A model generated the notes under the pieces. It was not told where the DNA came from, did no database searches, and was given only the letters and a program-made list of their open reading frames with translations. Position numbers and translations under genes: made by a program. Below, piece after piece: positions 11,896-24,818 of a DNA stretch of 64,000 nucleotides; within the stretch, counting starts at the first letter, position 1; the number at the start of each line of letters is the position of its first letter. Source of the DNA: Phoronis australis (taxonomy: Eukaryota; Animalia; Phoronida); NCBI GenBank assembly GCA_002633005.1, contig NMRA01000173.1:619338-683337 (forward strand). The letters run 5' to 3'.

Positions 11896-14220
11896 TCTCA
11901 TTGAGATGCTTCAGTAGCCGCATTCTTTTCCTGAGCTTCCACATGTATTCCTAATCTTAAACTCAATTTTCTGCTACATTTCGTCGTCTTTTGGGCGTCA
12001 AAAACAAATTTAAACTGGATATTAGAATTAACTTGCCAGCTAAATTGAAACTGGTGGCCTGGAAACGGATTTATATCACCTTTCAAGCGTACATTTTTTG
12101 CTGGTTTCTTGGTCCTACTGATTTTATTACAGCTTCCATCCCACAAAGGCTGAGTTTGAATCAGTGTCGCTGTGCTGCACTCCGCAAAACAGCCTTCGTT
12201 TTATATAGTTCTTTTACTTTCTTAATTTGTTCTGGTCTCAAATTGTTCCATGCACACTCGGACAAGAATTAAAAGGTTTCTGATCTTAGAATGAACAAAC
12301 ATTGAGGGCATGCTCGGCGCATAAAGTGACGCCCCGTGACAAGCCCGGCAACTTGTTATTGAACCAGCTGTCTTACGGCGAGAAAAATCTAGCCAAAACT
12401 ACGTGCTCTCGTTGAAAACACGGAAATATCTCGCGAAGTCTTGCTCGGAGGTCCTAGTCTACCGTGGAAGGGCTGCGACTGCCGTAGACACATTCAACAT
12501 TAGCTTGCACTTTGCGGCGAAAATTCATCGCTTTAGTGGAACAGAAACATTGAATTCACTTCTATAATTTTAATGACAACTTAAAAACACTTCAACCTCA
12601 ACGACCATTCACTTCTGTGTCTGGCATTTCGCTACGATAGGCTATATAGTAAGCTTCCTTGCCGCAAAACACTACTTTTCACTACATTTTCGCGTGATTT
12701 TGCAGTAGACCTAAGTAGGTCTTTTGAACACAGCACATTTCTCTCAGTTCGATCCCGAGGGTTGTGGTCGTATTACCTCTAGTAATGATCGAAGTACAAA
12801 CGTTGCAGGGAAATTGGGATCTCATATCGCCATAACCCAGGGGCTGTGTTCCGTAGTTGCAAGAACCCTGCGTTCACTGGGTTAACTTCGCGTCCCGATG
12901 TCCACGGTGCCTCTACTGACACCCATTACTTGTTCTTAAACGCAAACCATTCAAAAGCAGTTTAAGCAGTGAAATTGACAAATAGGGCCCAGTCCATAGG
13001 ATGTTTTTTGGTGACTGGGGTAAAACTTTCTCACCCGGCTGAGCCTGGATATTTGAGCGTAAACGCAGTTGGCACACAGTATCACGCAAGACCTCGAGAA
13101 AGATCGCCAGCCATTGAACGCGAAGCGCATGATCACACTAAGTTTTGTCGCGAGTTACTTAGGTCAACGTAACGTAACCCATGCGTGCGTTCCGTAGAGC
13201 CAAGAATCTAGCAAAACACACACTGACTTGCGACGCTTTACCGCACGTGATCACATTAACTTCCTCAGCGAGATCCTTGTGTTTGATGTACTATAGTCTG
13301 AGAAACTATTGTGGCTGGCTAAAATTTTTAATGAATATTTTTATTAGCTCGTCTTTATGGGGAAATTGAGTGCACGACTGTGTTGATTGTAAGTAGATGC
13401 AGGTATAGTCATGAAGTCAACACAGTGTAGACTCTTGAATACGTAGGCCTTAATCCGGTGTCAAAACATCGAACTGTGGTTTCACCGCGTGCAGTTGTGC
13501 AAAACATCTGACAAAACATACTGAAAGTGTTTACCAAAACATCAACTTTTCGTATAAGGAAACGAGTCTAAATTTTGACATGTGACCTCATACCCGCGGA
13601 AAGATACTTAGGTTGGGGGTTTAAAGATAGCGATTTATTGGTGTTGTGCTATTTACAAAACAACTCGAGATGTCTATACTAAACATCTGAACATAGTTGG
13701 GATACTGTCAGTGTACTAATGTGCATCATAAAAACCTAAAACTGTAATTAAACTGCTTCACAGATAAGGTTGCTCCAATAGCATGTGAACATCCTCTCAA
13801 CTTAGGATTTTATCTTTAAGTTGGGGTGTGACACGATATTACTGTGGTGTTGTATCCCAGGTGATCTCAAGTGACCGGACGGCATTACTTAATTGCATTT
13901 TCAGTAGATCGATGGTCTTCTAGTAGAAAATTAAGATACAGAAAAGAGGCCAAAGTATTTGAAATGGCGACAGTTTAGGGACACCAAAATCGGACTACAC
14001 CCAAAGTTAAGGAGTAGCAGTGAACACGTTTGAGATCTGGGAAAGTAGCCTACTAAACGCTTGTGATTAATAACATGTGTGATGAATGAGACGTCCTGCG
14101 AACCTTTTCAGTCCTATAAGCAAGCTTATTTTATAATACTGTTATTAAAAGGGGGGTTTTTATTTTCACAAAACATTACTAAATATGCATTTAATACTGC
14201 GGGCAGCAGGCGCACATGTT

Positions 14221-14410
14221 CAGGTGGCGGATCTGGGGGGGGGGGCAACCAGTGGCGAATTTAGAGGGGCCGGGCCATGTCCCCCCCTAAAATTCTCCCA
14301 GATTCCATTTGGAAGTTTGGGGGTGCGAATGTCTGACGGGCAAAATCCTGGCTAATACTCTGCCCTGCGTACCCCTCCTTAACTCAAAATCCTGGATCCG
14401 AACCAGGCAA
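14221..14410. mobile_element. GC-rich hAT-like MITE(s)
   Basis: cagtggcgaatt...ggatccgaacca flanked by direct ggcaac, next to caggtggcggatctg(G)n. Confidence 0.5.
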
Positions 14411-16968
14411 CCACAATTGGTTTCTAAGGAAATGTCCTCGTGAGCCAATAAACGTCATGGTCATGGCACGCGGTGTATTTACATACTTAATGTCTTCGCA
14501 ATGGGTGACCCGCTTGACTCGGTAAGTAAAATCAAAAAGATACAACGAGATACAAAAACGATATCAACGCCCTTTATCGTGCAAATCTGTTTACATTAGC
14601 TAGTATTCACACCCGACCCCTAATCGGAATGTCTAATTCCCACTATTTGTCCAATTTATCTATTCGCATTTGACAAGCACATGGGGCGCCGCATATTTTG
14701 CGAAGAATGCAGATTACCGTTCTAACTGTAACGTCTGACAGGGGACCTCTCTTTTAATTATGTGGAAAAATGAATATACAACTCTCCATACCCTTGTAAA
14801 CTATAGTTCATTAAATACAGGTAAATAACGCCAGACTTACTGGTTCACGGTTTTCCTACGAGTCCATTACTAAGCTATACTGGTCGATATATTGACTGTA
14901 TCTCTTCGTCGCTTAATAATTGTCTCATGTATTGACATATGCTATACATGGATCCAAACCAATCAACTAGAGATAAATAGACTGGTAAATGAAACGGTAT
15001 CAATCGACTTGAAATTACAAAAAAATGATCTTCTCAACCTTCTAAAACCCCAAAAAGTACTACTATGGTACTTGTTTTGGAAAGAGCGCTGCACAAGAAA
15101 CCTGATTCGATCAAATGTATTTTACGAATTCTATGTACGTTTACTTATTTTCAAGACGATTATATCAATACCAACAATATGAATGTATAGTCCAGCAACA
15201 CCAGCACAAGCAAATGTGATGAAGGTGGCGAAGGTATTTAACAGAATCTTACCAGTACGACACCTCGTCATCACCATGGTTCTGGTGTTCGGGACTTTCT
15301 CATCAATCTTCACAATAAACCACGCGTGATTTTAAAGTTCAGTTTACTTGCGTCGTGCTCGATGCGTATCAAACCCAGATAGGTAACGGCGTAGGTTACC
15401 CTGGGTAGTTTTGATACCCAGCGTGTGTTGCGTGCCGTATCTTATATTTCAATATCTCCACAAATGCGTCTCACGATTGTGTTAGTTTGAAGATGTGTCA
15501 TCAACAGCTGTGCTTTTCACATCCTGAGTGATTTTTTACTTACTGGACTGCCGCTGTGGCTGCGCAAAATATGGTTGTTGCGACTAACTGTGAGGAACGG
15601 TTAAGGCCGGATCTGATCCCGTCAATTTGTTTCGTTCTGAGGAACCGCGGGTGCTATTCGCAGACACTAAAATAGCTTTGCATGGCGAAACATTATCTGT
15701 CGAAACTTGAGTAAAAGCCAAAGGTCTGTAACTAACTCCCGAAAGCTAGTGCTTGACTTTCCTGACTAAAGTCCACAAAACGAAAGCTCTAGCTCCCGCT
15801 TTTGCCCATAATTTATTTCTCAGCGACGTACTACCAATTCAAAAGAGATTCATGGGTTAAGTTTCAAAGCGAACTATTGGGCTTAGATCTCTGATTGATC
15901 TTTCTATCAGGCGTTTGTTTCATAAAAAATGAAAAATAACTAACATACAAGGTGTAGCAATTTAATTGTTAGCACATCACAGACTGGAAATAATTTATTC
16001 AATTATCCGTGGCAATCCTATTAACATCTAATGATTGAGAAAATATCTTTTTATGTTCGGCATATGTTCCGTGATGCACATGGATCATACATCAGTGAAA
16101 CTGCTTCCAGAGATAAACATCAGATTTGGGTTCAAGTTGGCGAAATTGGTTACAATACAAAGTACAGTCTCTCCGTCAAAAGGAATATCTGAGACAGCTC
16201 ATGCGCCGACACTTTCTCTCCAATTCGCGAGGGTAGTGCTATTCCCGGAGTGGTGCGCCCTCGCCCTCCCTTAGTTGGTAAATCACTGAGCATTGGCGAC
16301 ATTCACATTTGGAATCACAGTGAACATAAGTTTATCAAACATTGCCTCCGAGCTTTTCCGCCTTTCATTCGTCATCCTCAACATCGCAAGCTCCCCTCAC
16401 TCGGAAACTTGCTTCTCTGCTTGTCTCAACAGTTGTCTCACAAAGCGTCAGATTTGTTCACCCAAACACCCACTACACCCAGGCCTCTTTGATATACAAA
16501 ATGTAAAACTTAAATCCCTGTTCACGCGAGAGGTTCGATATTTCACCGACTTGCCTGAACAGTTTTAAACTGTCACTGTTGGAAAATAATCCTCAGTTAG
16601 GGTCAATTTTTACGTTGTTCACGTGGGGTCATTTTTCACACGCAGGATCATTTTAACGTTGAAAATGACCCTCAAAATTTAACGTTACACGACCCGGCTT
16701 TAAGATAAGGTGCCTATTTTTCCAAAATTGGCTTCAAAACTACGAAGTTCTACCCTTTCAAAATTCAAGCGAATTTCATTAGATGGCGGAGTCTGTCTGG
16801 ACATGGACCGAATGGTGATCGTAGGGTATTGTTTTGAAGCTGAGGGTTAAAAAGAGACTTTTCTAATCCTTGAAAATCAGTGGAATTGATGGGAATTGTA
16901 AGTCTTGATAAGTTGTGCAAATCATAATTTGCAGATATTACAAAAATATTGTATTGAAAACAGCACAA

Positions 16969-17256
16969 CTACCACATGAAAAACGGGCGACCATCTCTCC
17001 TTGATAGATACACCAAACAATCTAGCAGAATTAGCAAACTATTTCTCTCCGCTGGTGACGCGTGTTTGTCCACCAAGTACCGGAGACAATCTTCAGAGTT
17101 CAGCTCCAGTGTTACATCCGGGTACTTGTCAGGAGCTACGTTCAGGAGGCCATATTTGTTGACCATCCGTATGGAGAAGTCGGCATGGTCCGGCAACCGG
17201 TAACCGTAGCGTCCTAGCGAGCAAAGTACCTCCGAATAACGCTGAGACAAGAGCTC
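16969..17256 (-). CDS. SPATC1L: Speriolin/SPATC1L-like protein, last exon (Speriolin C-terminal domain)
   Basis: ctcttag|GAGCTC...TGGTAG. Encodes ELLSQRY...YGY...HADFSIRMVNKYGLL...LLILLDCLVYLSRRDGRPFFMW*, the speriolin-type C-terminus (DCL..LS..DG.P.F.W). Confidence 0.85.
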   Translation of the reverse strand, partial: ELLSQRYSEVLCSLGRYGYRLPDHADFSIRMVNKYGLLNVAPDKYPDVTLELNSEDCLRYLVDKHASPAERNSLLILLDCLVYLSRRDGRPFFMW

Positions 17257-17563
17257 CTAAGAGGAAACAAATCTTTTATTAAGCCTCAATAAACTCGCGT
17301 TCCGGCGAACAGACTTAATTTTGATCGTTTTATGTTTCAAAAGTAATGAATCGGCTGACCGCGACTTTTTCTAGAAATCCATTTAATATTCAAAGTGAAT
17401 AACTCTCACGCCAATATTCCCAAGAAATAGATTCACCACGATATGTTTAAAAGGTATTTTTACAAGTTATCGTGTTCCATGTTTCTTAAAGAAAAAGTAT
17501 CATAAACACGAAATAAGCATTTGTCTGCTGTGGGCGAGAGGTGGCGCAACTTGTTCAACCTAC

Positions 17564-17811
17564 CTTTTTCTTTTCGTCAACAGTCAGAGCGTCTGAGTCA
17601 TAACTTTCTAGCCTTATCAAGTCTGGTATGCTGTTAATTGTGAATCCGTAAAACCGCCGTTTTGTTTTATTTACAGCTCCCGGTAATACGAAAATGTAGC
17701 TCAATATTCTTCTGTCCAACTGAAAAGCTATCTCCCCAAGGACACGCTTCTCAATTTTATCTCTTTTGCCTTTGCGACTGTCGTCTTTTCTTTCGGGCAA
17801 GAAGGAAGGCT
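17564..17811 (-). CDS. SPATC1L: Speriolin/SPATC1L-like protein, exon 4
   Basis: actttcag|AG...AAAAG|gtagg. Encodes [19 protein letters not shown]...[12 protein letters not shown], the hallmark speriolin motif [12 protein letters not shown]. Confidence 0.9.
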
Positions 17812-19269
17812 CTGAAAGTATGAATGTTTTCATTTGCCTTGACCTGAACATTCAGATTAAAACCATGCAGAATTTCGAAACGAAATCAAAGTTGATAAAA
17901 TATTTCGCCGTTTTTTAAATAACACGATTGCTAAATGAACGGAAAATTTTTTGACACAGAGCAAATTTAAAACAAATTTTGATTCTCTGTAATGCGGCGT
18001 GATTGGTTAAAGTTGCAATGAGCTTGATATCAGGTTTTCATGTGAAATGCAATTTGAACACTTTGTTGCTCATGTTTTGTATTATAATGATTGATTCTAT
18101 AAAAACCACCAAAATGCGTGTTTTGAACGATGTAGGGATGAAACTGTGCTTCATTTAGTCGTGGCAGTCATCGGAGGCTCACTCAATGGTTTACACGTAA
18201 AGTAATCCTTTAGTTGAAATTAGAAATAGTATTCAAATATTTTGTAAATTTGTCCATGTCATAACAAATGGGCAAGACAAACGTCAGTTATGACATGGAA
18301 ACGTTTTGCCCAGGCCAAAGATGGATTTTTTTCAAATCAAAACCATAGATTGTTCAGTTAACCTATTCAGTTGTCATGACGTGTCTGCCACAAATATGGC
18401 GCGATTTGGACCCACAGATAGGAATTGAAATGCACATTACGTGTTCAAAAAAAATTTGATTTCTTTCTATTCTGATGACCTCGGGGGAATTTAGCACTTG
18501 AAATTGTTACAAAATTATGTGTTTGGATTAACCTACTCTGAGTACTCTGACAATGGTTGCACCCATTGTATGTTCCCGGGGAGTTGCATGGGCGCACCGA
18601 GGGGGAGGGAGGGGCTCGGTGGGCTCGAACGAATCTCCCAATTTGGAAAATTGGGCAAAAAGGTCTGCCTCAGTGAAACACAAAGTCCGAGTAAACGAGA
18701 CAAAAGTCCACAAAATCCACGGTAAGTCGCCGCGGATGCACAATTGCTGAGCCTGAACCTAGTGGGCCAGTTTTTTTGTTATAGTCCGCCTTGATTTTCT
18801 CCTCTATAAGGTCTGCATATCGAAAAATTCGAGCCTCCCTATATTTTAGGCTGGGTGCGTGCATGAGTTGAAAGGGTGATTAAGATTGACCAGGCACATG
18901 GCCAGGTAAGAATTTTCGAAGTGCTTAGCAGTTCACAGCGCTACCTCACTCCAGCCTAATTAATATCGACATTTTGATTTTATTTGATTGGGTCCAAAAT
19001 GACGTCATAATAAATAAGCGACTTACAACTTCAAAGATTTTTGCATGCCACGTGTCAAAGGTGAACTTATATATCGTGTGTAGAGGAAACAACGTAAAGA
19101 TCAATTTATTTGCTTTGGTTTTTCTGATGATACTAATGTTTTCTGAGCGTGCGAAGACAGGTGATGGTGCTCGGTTTTGAAGTGAATAAACGTTGAACTC
19201 GACTCAATTCTTTGGGCCTAGACAGAGTTTACTTGTCGAGTTAGGCTTTTTTACACCACATTGACCACA

Positions 19270-19995
19270 AGCAATCAACTGCACAAGCTGTCGTAATCCT
19301 CAAACTGCGCCGGTTGTGCAGACCTTCGAAATAATAATTGTAATTTTTCTTTGCGACAAGTTAAGGGGTTTGCACAAACTGTCGTAACTGTCAAGCTGCG
19401 ATGATTCGTGCAGATCTTCGAAGCTCAAATTGTCAGTTTATAATCAAAACGCAATTGGTTGCAGTTACGGTTTGTACACCAGTGTTCGCCTGTTGGAGAC
19501 TGGATGCTTTTGTCACCCATCGAAATAGCAGACGACCGTAGAAGTGGAAAAATTCGGGGCGCCCGGAGCCGGACAAGGCGGCTTTCCTCCAGCGATAAAC
19601 GCCATTGAAGAGAAAGGTATTGTTGACTATTTAACGGTACACTGTGGTTACATCTGACGAAAAGCAAGAGTTATGGTTGTCAGAATGCCGACGTGGGCGG
19701 AAATTGTGATGTTGGGTGGAATAACAACTATCCAAAGACACTGAAGCGGCAAAAACGGTGTAAGAATAAATGATATTAACAATGATGACTGACTCGCGTT
19801 GTGCTTCGAAGGTCTGTGCAAACCGTTGCAATGATGACTGGCTCAAGCCTGTTTGTGCTTCGAAGGTCTGTACAAACTGTCGCAAGTTTGTGTAACTCCA
19901 CAAATTTTCACAATGAAAAATCCTATACTTTATGCTTTCCAAGTATGCATTAACTGTCGTAATTTAAGGATTGCGACAGTTTGAATAGTTAGTTG
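19270..19995. mobile_element. Degenerate foldback/TIR element
   Basis: caatcaactgcacaagctgtcgtaatcct (about 19272) is the inverted match of aggattgcgacagtttgaatagttagttg (ending about 19994). Inner gcagaccttcgaa units on the left mirror ttcgaaggtctgt units on the right. Confidence 0.6.
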
Positions 19996-20627
19996 CGAGA
20001 GTTGATGGTCTTCCAGCGCACACTCTCACAGGCAAAAGCTATTTTCGACAACACGTTATGAGTCAATACCTAATGGATTGTTTTTTTTTCAGCACGTAGA
20101 CCCCCCATTCCGCATACACAAACATCACATAGCTTGAAATGCGCAAATAAAACTGAAAAATGTGCCGTGTTGTGTGTGCTATTCTGTCCAGAACTTTGAA
20201 ATAACTATATCGCGTGTATGTGTTAACGGAGACAAGACCTTTCAAAGATACCGCCGAAAGTGACATTGACTAGATAACTTGTACAAATATCAGGAATACC
20301 TATGCGCGCTTGGATACATTTACCTTTTCCGCGAGCTTGCTTTTTTTCTCACAATAAATTCCACAACAATTGGGAGATCGAAAATACCGCAATTTTTGCG
20401 GTCATGCGATATTTTTTCGCCATTTTGGTTCCGGAAGGAATCCGCAAAAAATCTCACGAACGGGCTTTTGTCAATATTTCTCAATATTCTTTTAAATTTC
20501 AAAGTCTGCGACTCGTATGTGAATCACACATTGAAATATGTGACCACGAATGCTTGCCTTCAGAGCTAAGATACTTCACCACTACTGGGACTATTATCCT
20601 TTTCTTTACTGGTCTGTTGCTGCAGCT

Positions 20628-20785
20628 CATGGGCGGCGCACCATAGGGGGCTGTGGGAGGGGGGGGGGGCTATAGCCCCCACTTATTTCATTGCTGCGCC
20701 GTCCATGTCCGTGGATGGCGCATGCGATAGGGGACTGAGTGGCTATAGCCCTCCCCCCACATATTTCAGTGCTGCGATGCCCATG
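20628..20785. mobile_element. Two tandem copies of an 80-bp micro-MITE (CATGGGCGGCGCA...TGCGCCGCCCATG family)
   Basis: Shared core ggctatagccccc...tatttcagtgctgcg with copies at about 11765, 26768 and 31780. Confidence 0.65.
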
Positions 20786-22034
20786 AAACTTAAGTTTAGC
20801 CCCAAAGCCTTCGCAAATGAAATTATTCCGAATGTGTCAGTCGCATGGGATTCTCCATACCACGAGAGACCCACCTTTTGAGCTTGTGTCATAGTCTTAA
20901 ACAGTTTAAAGACGCTATGTCTTATTAAATTGTGAATTTTCAAATAAGGAATTGGTTAACAAACAACCCCGGGTCTTCCGGTTTGCCAAAAACCATCCGA
21001 GAACCAGTTACCATTAAAATTTCACAAAAGTCTCGTTTTGCGAGACTATTTTATGTAAATGAGTATGGAAATATTTCATCCTTACCCTAATTAAACAATT
21101 AAGGCACATTATTATTTGTTTTTTTTCACTATCAAATAACGAGTGCGTACTATTCGGAATTATGAGGATTTTATATGCTCGCATGTAGTTTTAAGTGTAT
21201 CAGTTATGGTGTTTTCTTTAAATTGTTTCTTTTCCTGATTATACTTCTACAAACAGTTCCCCAGGAAGTCACTAGGTGGGGCTTGCTTGAAATATAAATA
21301 TTCACAGTTTTAATGAGACATAGCATCTTTAAGCTTAATATTGGCTATGTGAAAAACTAATGTTGAAATCTACCGCAGCAACCCTGATGAGAAAGCAGGG
21401 GATCGACAAGAATTTATCAACAGGTTGTTGAAATTTTCACTTGAATACCTACAGCAGCATTAGAGATAGGCTCATCTCTTGTCAGGGCCGACACACTCCC
21501 CTGGTCTACCCCCTGCCGACTATTTCCTTTAGGGTCTCTAAACGTCAACAGTCTACAACCACGATCCTCAAACAATAGAGACTCTGAAGGCAAACACTTA
21601 CCTGTCGAGACATTCTGAGGATTGTTCTACATATGCGTGACCGCGACGCGGTGTCACAAAATTTTGTGTACCCGTAACAATTGTGATTCAGAGGTGAGGC
21701 CCATGGAATGGAAACGACTTTAATAAATGATCTGCTTCAAAAATAACGACAAACAGCAAACTATGGGTCTCATACAAAAACTTCTTGCTTCTGCGATATT
21801 TTTGAGAAAAAAAAATGAAAGTATAAAAATAGTGTGCAATCAGAAATGTTTTAACATTTTGGCACACCCTGTAATTATATTTATTTACGAATTGTTTAGT
21901 ACAGAACGTATACAACATATGCACACTGTATTAACACAGAACGCATACAACGTAGTAACACGCTTTATCCTATACGCATAATTGTATGGCCATAGTAAGT
22001 CGTAGTTTGTGGTTTGATATGGAAGAACTACTTT

Positions 22035-22093
22035 TCCATATTCAATGCGCGTTGATTATGGATTTTCCGTATTCAACGCGCGTTGAATACGGA
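22035..22093. repeat. Two adjacent 28-bp palindromes (the second perfect)
   Basis: tccgtattcaacgcgcgttgaatacgga (22066-22093) is self-complementary. A degenerate copy lies 31 bp upstream. Confidence 0.9.
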
Positions 22094-22970
22094 TGCCATC
22101 TTTCTCGCCAAAAAAGTGAAATAAAAATATTGTTGACAATGTTTCTTAATATACCGTGAAATTTTGCACCTGAGCAGAACACTTAAATCACAAAACAATC
22201 TCGAACTTGTCACAATATATTTGGGATTAGGAAAGGAATTTTCATTACCAATGCATGGCTCCTTTTGGTCACCTATTGCACTACACTAGTTGAGGTTCTT
22301 TACGGTCAAATGTGAGTTAATTTCTAAATTCGTTCTCAAAACAATCAAAATAGTCCAGCCCAAAACCAAAACTGCAACTTCTGTAAACACTGTATTTTTG
22401 TCAATTTTACGACAAATTTCGGAATACTTTCTACATAAAAATGAAAAGAACCGCGCGCAAGGAGCATTTTTAAGAAGCGTGCATCAGCCACAACGTCTGG
22501 GTGTCCTGCACAGATATTACTCAACGAAGTCAAGAAAATCGTCAGAAATGTAAGCAAACTTTAACTTAGAAATAGATTTAGCTCAATACAAACTCTGACG
22601 AAAATACTGAAAATCGCAGATATGCAACCGGCCCCAAGCCTGTAGCTGGTGTAAATTGACTGCCGTGACATGCAGGCTGCAAAAAAATTCATTCATAAAA
22701 TATTGCGTGCACGTATACGTGTCACGCGATCTGCGATCATCATTGATAAAAGATGACAAATGACACCAAAACAAGCGGAGCAATCCGTGTAAACCCGCTT
22801 CTTTAAAGAATTCTCATTGGGGCCCATAGGATAAATAGGTTGTACAACGTAAGTGTTGGTACCAGTGTGTTATTATATCTCGATTCGTGATATGCAACAG
22901 TATTTGAACTCGGGCTTGGCCCTCGGATACAACATAGTAACACGCTGTATTAACACAGAACGTACACATA

Positions 22971-23385
22971 TAGATTATTACATGGCGATGTCGTTATCCC
23001 CCGTTATCTAGAGCCCGAGTGGATTTTGGAGAATTATCGCCCGAGGGGGGCGTTAGCCCCCAGGGTGATAATTCTACAAAATCCACGAGGGTTCTAGATA
23101 AGGGGGATAACGACTGAGAACATGTAATAATCTATTTATACCACATACTAAACTAGAAACATTGCAATGAATCGATCTACATTTCTCGACTTGCCTCGGC
23201 TTTGTAACTACTTTCTATGTCAGAGGCACGGGGTCGCAGGTCGTGACCTTTTAAGAAAAGCCGAGCTATTTTTGTCAAATAATGCTTTTGCTCAAAAGCA
23301 ATTGAAAATTTAAACAAAGTAGAAATAAAGTGAGTCTATAAATTAAGGTTTAGCAACTATTATAGCTTACTACACATTTTATCAC
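22971..23385. mobile_element. Dispersed element beginning with a 160-bp hairpin (copy 1)
   Basis: attattacatg...gggc-gtta-gccc...catgtaataat folds back over 22971-23134. About 400 bp is closely similar to 50757-51165. Confidence 0.85.
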
Positions 23386-23679
23386 GCTAAGCTTCGACCG
23401 GGAAAATATCGTCTGCTAAAGTAGGTTACCACTAGTAACTGAGTATTATGCTCAAGTCAAAAGATCCCGACGACACGATACACGCATTCAAATTGGAGAT
23501 CGGTGATTTACAAGTGAGAGAACACGAGAGAAAAATTTCCCTGAATTACAATATCGTTTTTATGGAAATTGTGCGTCTTATTTTTCATAGCGTATAAATG
23601 TTGATACAATGCCCTTTGCTGAACATGCAATTGTTGCGCGTGCTCATTTAAGTACTCTATTTCACGTTCGATGAGGTCA

Positions 23680-23732
23680 GCCGCTGAGTGGTGTAGTGGT
23701 AAAGTCCCGGGTTCGAGGCCGGTCTCGGTTTC
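23680..23732 (+). mobile_element. Truncated tRNA-derived (SINE-head-like) sequence
   Basis: A box TGGTGTAGTGG (23689) and B box GGTTCGAGGCC (23710) are only 10 nt apart. The anticodon arm is missing. Confidence 0.5.
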
Positions 23733-23886
23733 CCGCCAAAATGTAATCTCACTAGTGAGATAACTAAATGGGTTATTACTTGTGATTGCAAAAAGAGGTC
23801 GGAAACTCAAACTTTTAGAAACGTGGCAGTACTCTGTATTTATAATAGGTAGACAATTGTTTGCACATTTCTCACATTTGACCTAC

Positions 23887-23973
23887 CAAGGTTGAAGCGA
23901 GGCGATGGGGTTTTTGGTTTCGCACTTGTTGATCGTCTCCCGGCGGACAAAATTTGTTCACACGGACATTCTT
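23887..23973 (-). CDS. SPATC1L: Speriolin-like gene, probable exon 3
   Basis: cgtag|AAGAATG...CCTTG|gtagg. 87 bp, phase 1-1, open (QECPCEQILSAGRRSTSAKPKTPSPRFNL). Supported by splice sites and frame only. Confidence 0.6.
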
Positions 23974-24475
23974 CTACGTAGAATATTTACAGAAAATCAT
24001 TTTAGTAGTAGAATTACAAATGAACCACCATGTTTCACAAAACTAAAACAGAGAAATTTAATTTAGAACCACTCAAGAAAATTAATAGTTTTTCAACTGC
24101 GTGTCCGTCAACCTTCTCATTGTCCAAAGCACACCACTAGTCAGCAGACCCGGGTCATCAAATCTCGTTTTTTCAGATTTCATAGAAATTAGCTTAAATG
24201 GATTGCTTAACTGCATGTTGTTGGGCATTTTAAAACAATAGTCTCAACAAGACCACGTAATTTGTGGCGCAGTACTCGGACGACAGTGAGTTCAGTCGAT
24301 AAAAAACGGGGTATGCTTTCCCCCTGTTGTCGGTTGATGCTGTGCTCAGGTCACCGGGTCAGCTGGTTGATTCCTTAGCAAAATGTCGCACTAGCGACTC
24401 GCGTTTGTGGTGTCTTTCATGGACTCACAAATTTGTCATGCAGAATGAATGCCTGGAAGCTTTCTCGCCTCTAAA

Positions 24476-24642
24476 AACTCAAGAAAACTTGTCGTGTTTT
24501 TGGACAATAACTCAAGAAAACTTGTCGTGTGTTTGGACAATAACTCAAGGAAACTTGTCGTGTTTGGACAATAACTCAAGGAACTTGTCGTGTGTTTGGA
24601 CAATAACTCAATGAAACTTGTCGTGTGTTTGTACAATAACTC
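24476..24642. repeat. 33-bp minisatellite x5
   Basis: aactcaagaaaacttgtcgtgtgtttggacaat units with small indels. Confidence 0.95.
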
Positions 24643-24818
24643 TATTTCCGGCAAAATTGACAGGATTTAACTTTCGTGCGCCTTTTGAAGCAATTGCTTA
24701 TTTTAAAGCGGCTGTAAGCCCACCTAACGTCACAGAATTACTGTAGATTCAGACCACTTAAAGTTATGACATTGGTCTGAAATTCTTTCTTAGTCCAAAT
24801 TTTAATTGTTGCTTGAGA

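Noticed and set aside
16035-16568. GC-richer stretch with several short ORFs as a hidden gene
   Set aside because: No recognisable motif or consistent exon structure. The minus-strand frames I checked close quickly.
18498-18864. Overlapping 64-75-aa ORFs as speriolin exons
   Set aside because: No family similarity and no consistent splice phase. The GC-rich part resembles the catgggcgc...gggg MITE ends.
23680-23732. tRNA gene
   Set aside because: No anticodon arm or proper acceptor stem, so at most a SINE or pseudogene fragment.
24476-24642. Tandem 29-45-bp repeats here and at 6729, 40905, 54636, 57414 and 62673 as possible CRISPR arrays
   Set aside because: The units are head to tail with no unique spacers, there are no cas genes, and the context is eukaryotic. 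They are minisatellites.
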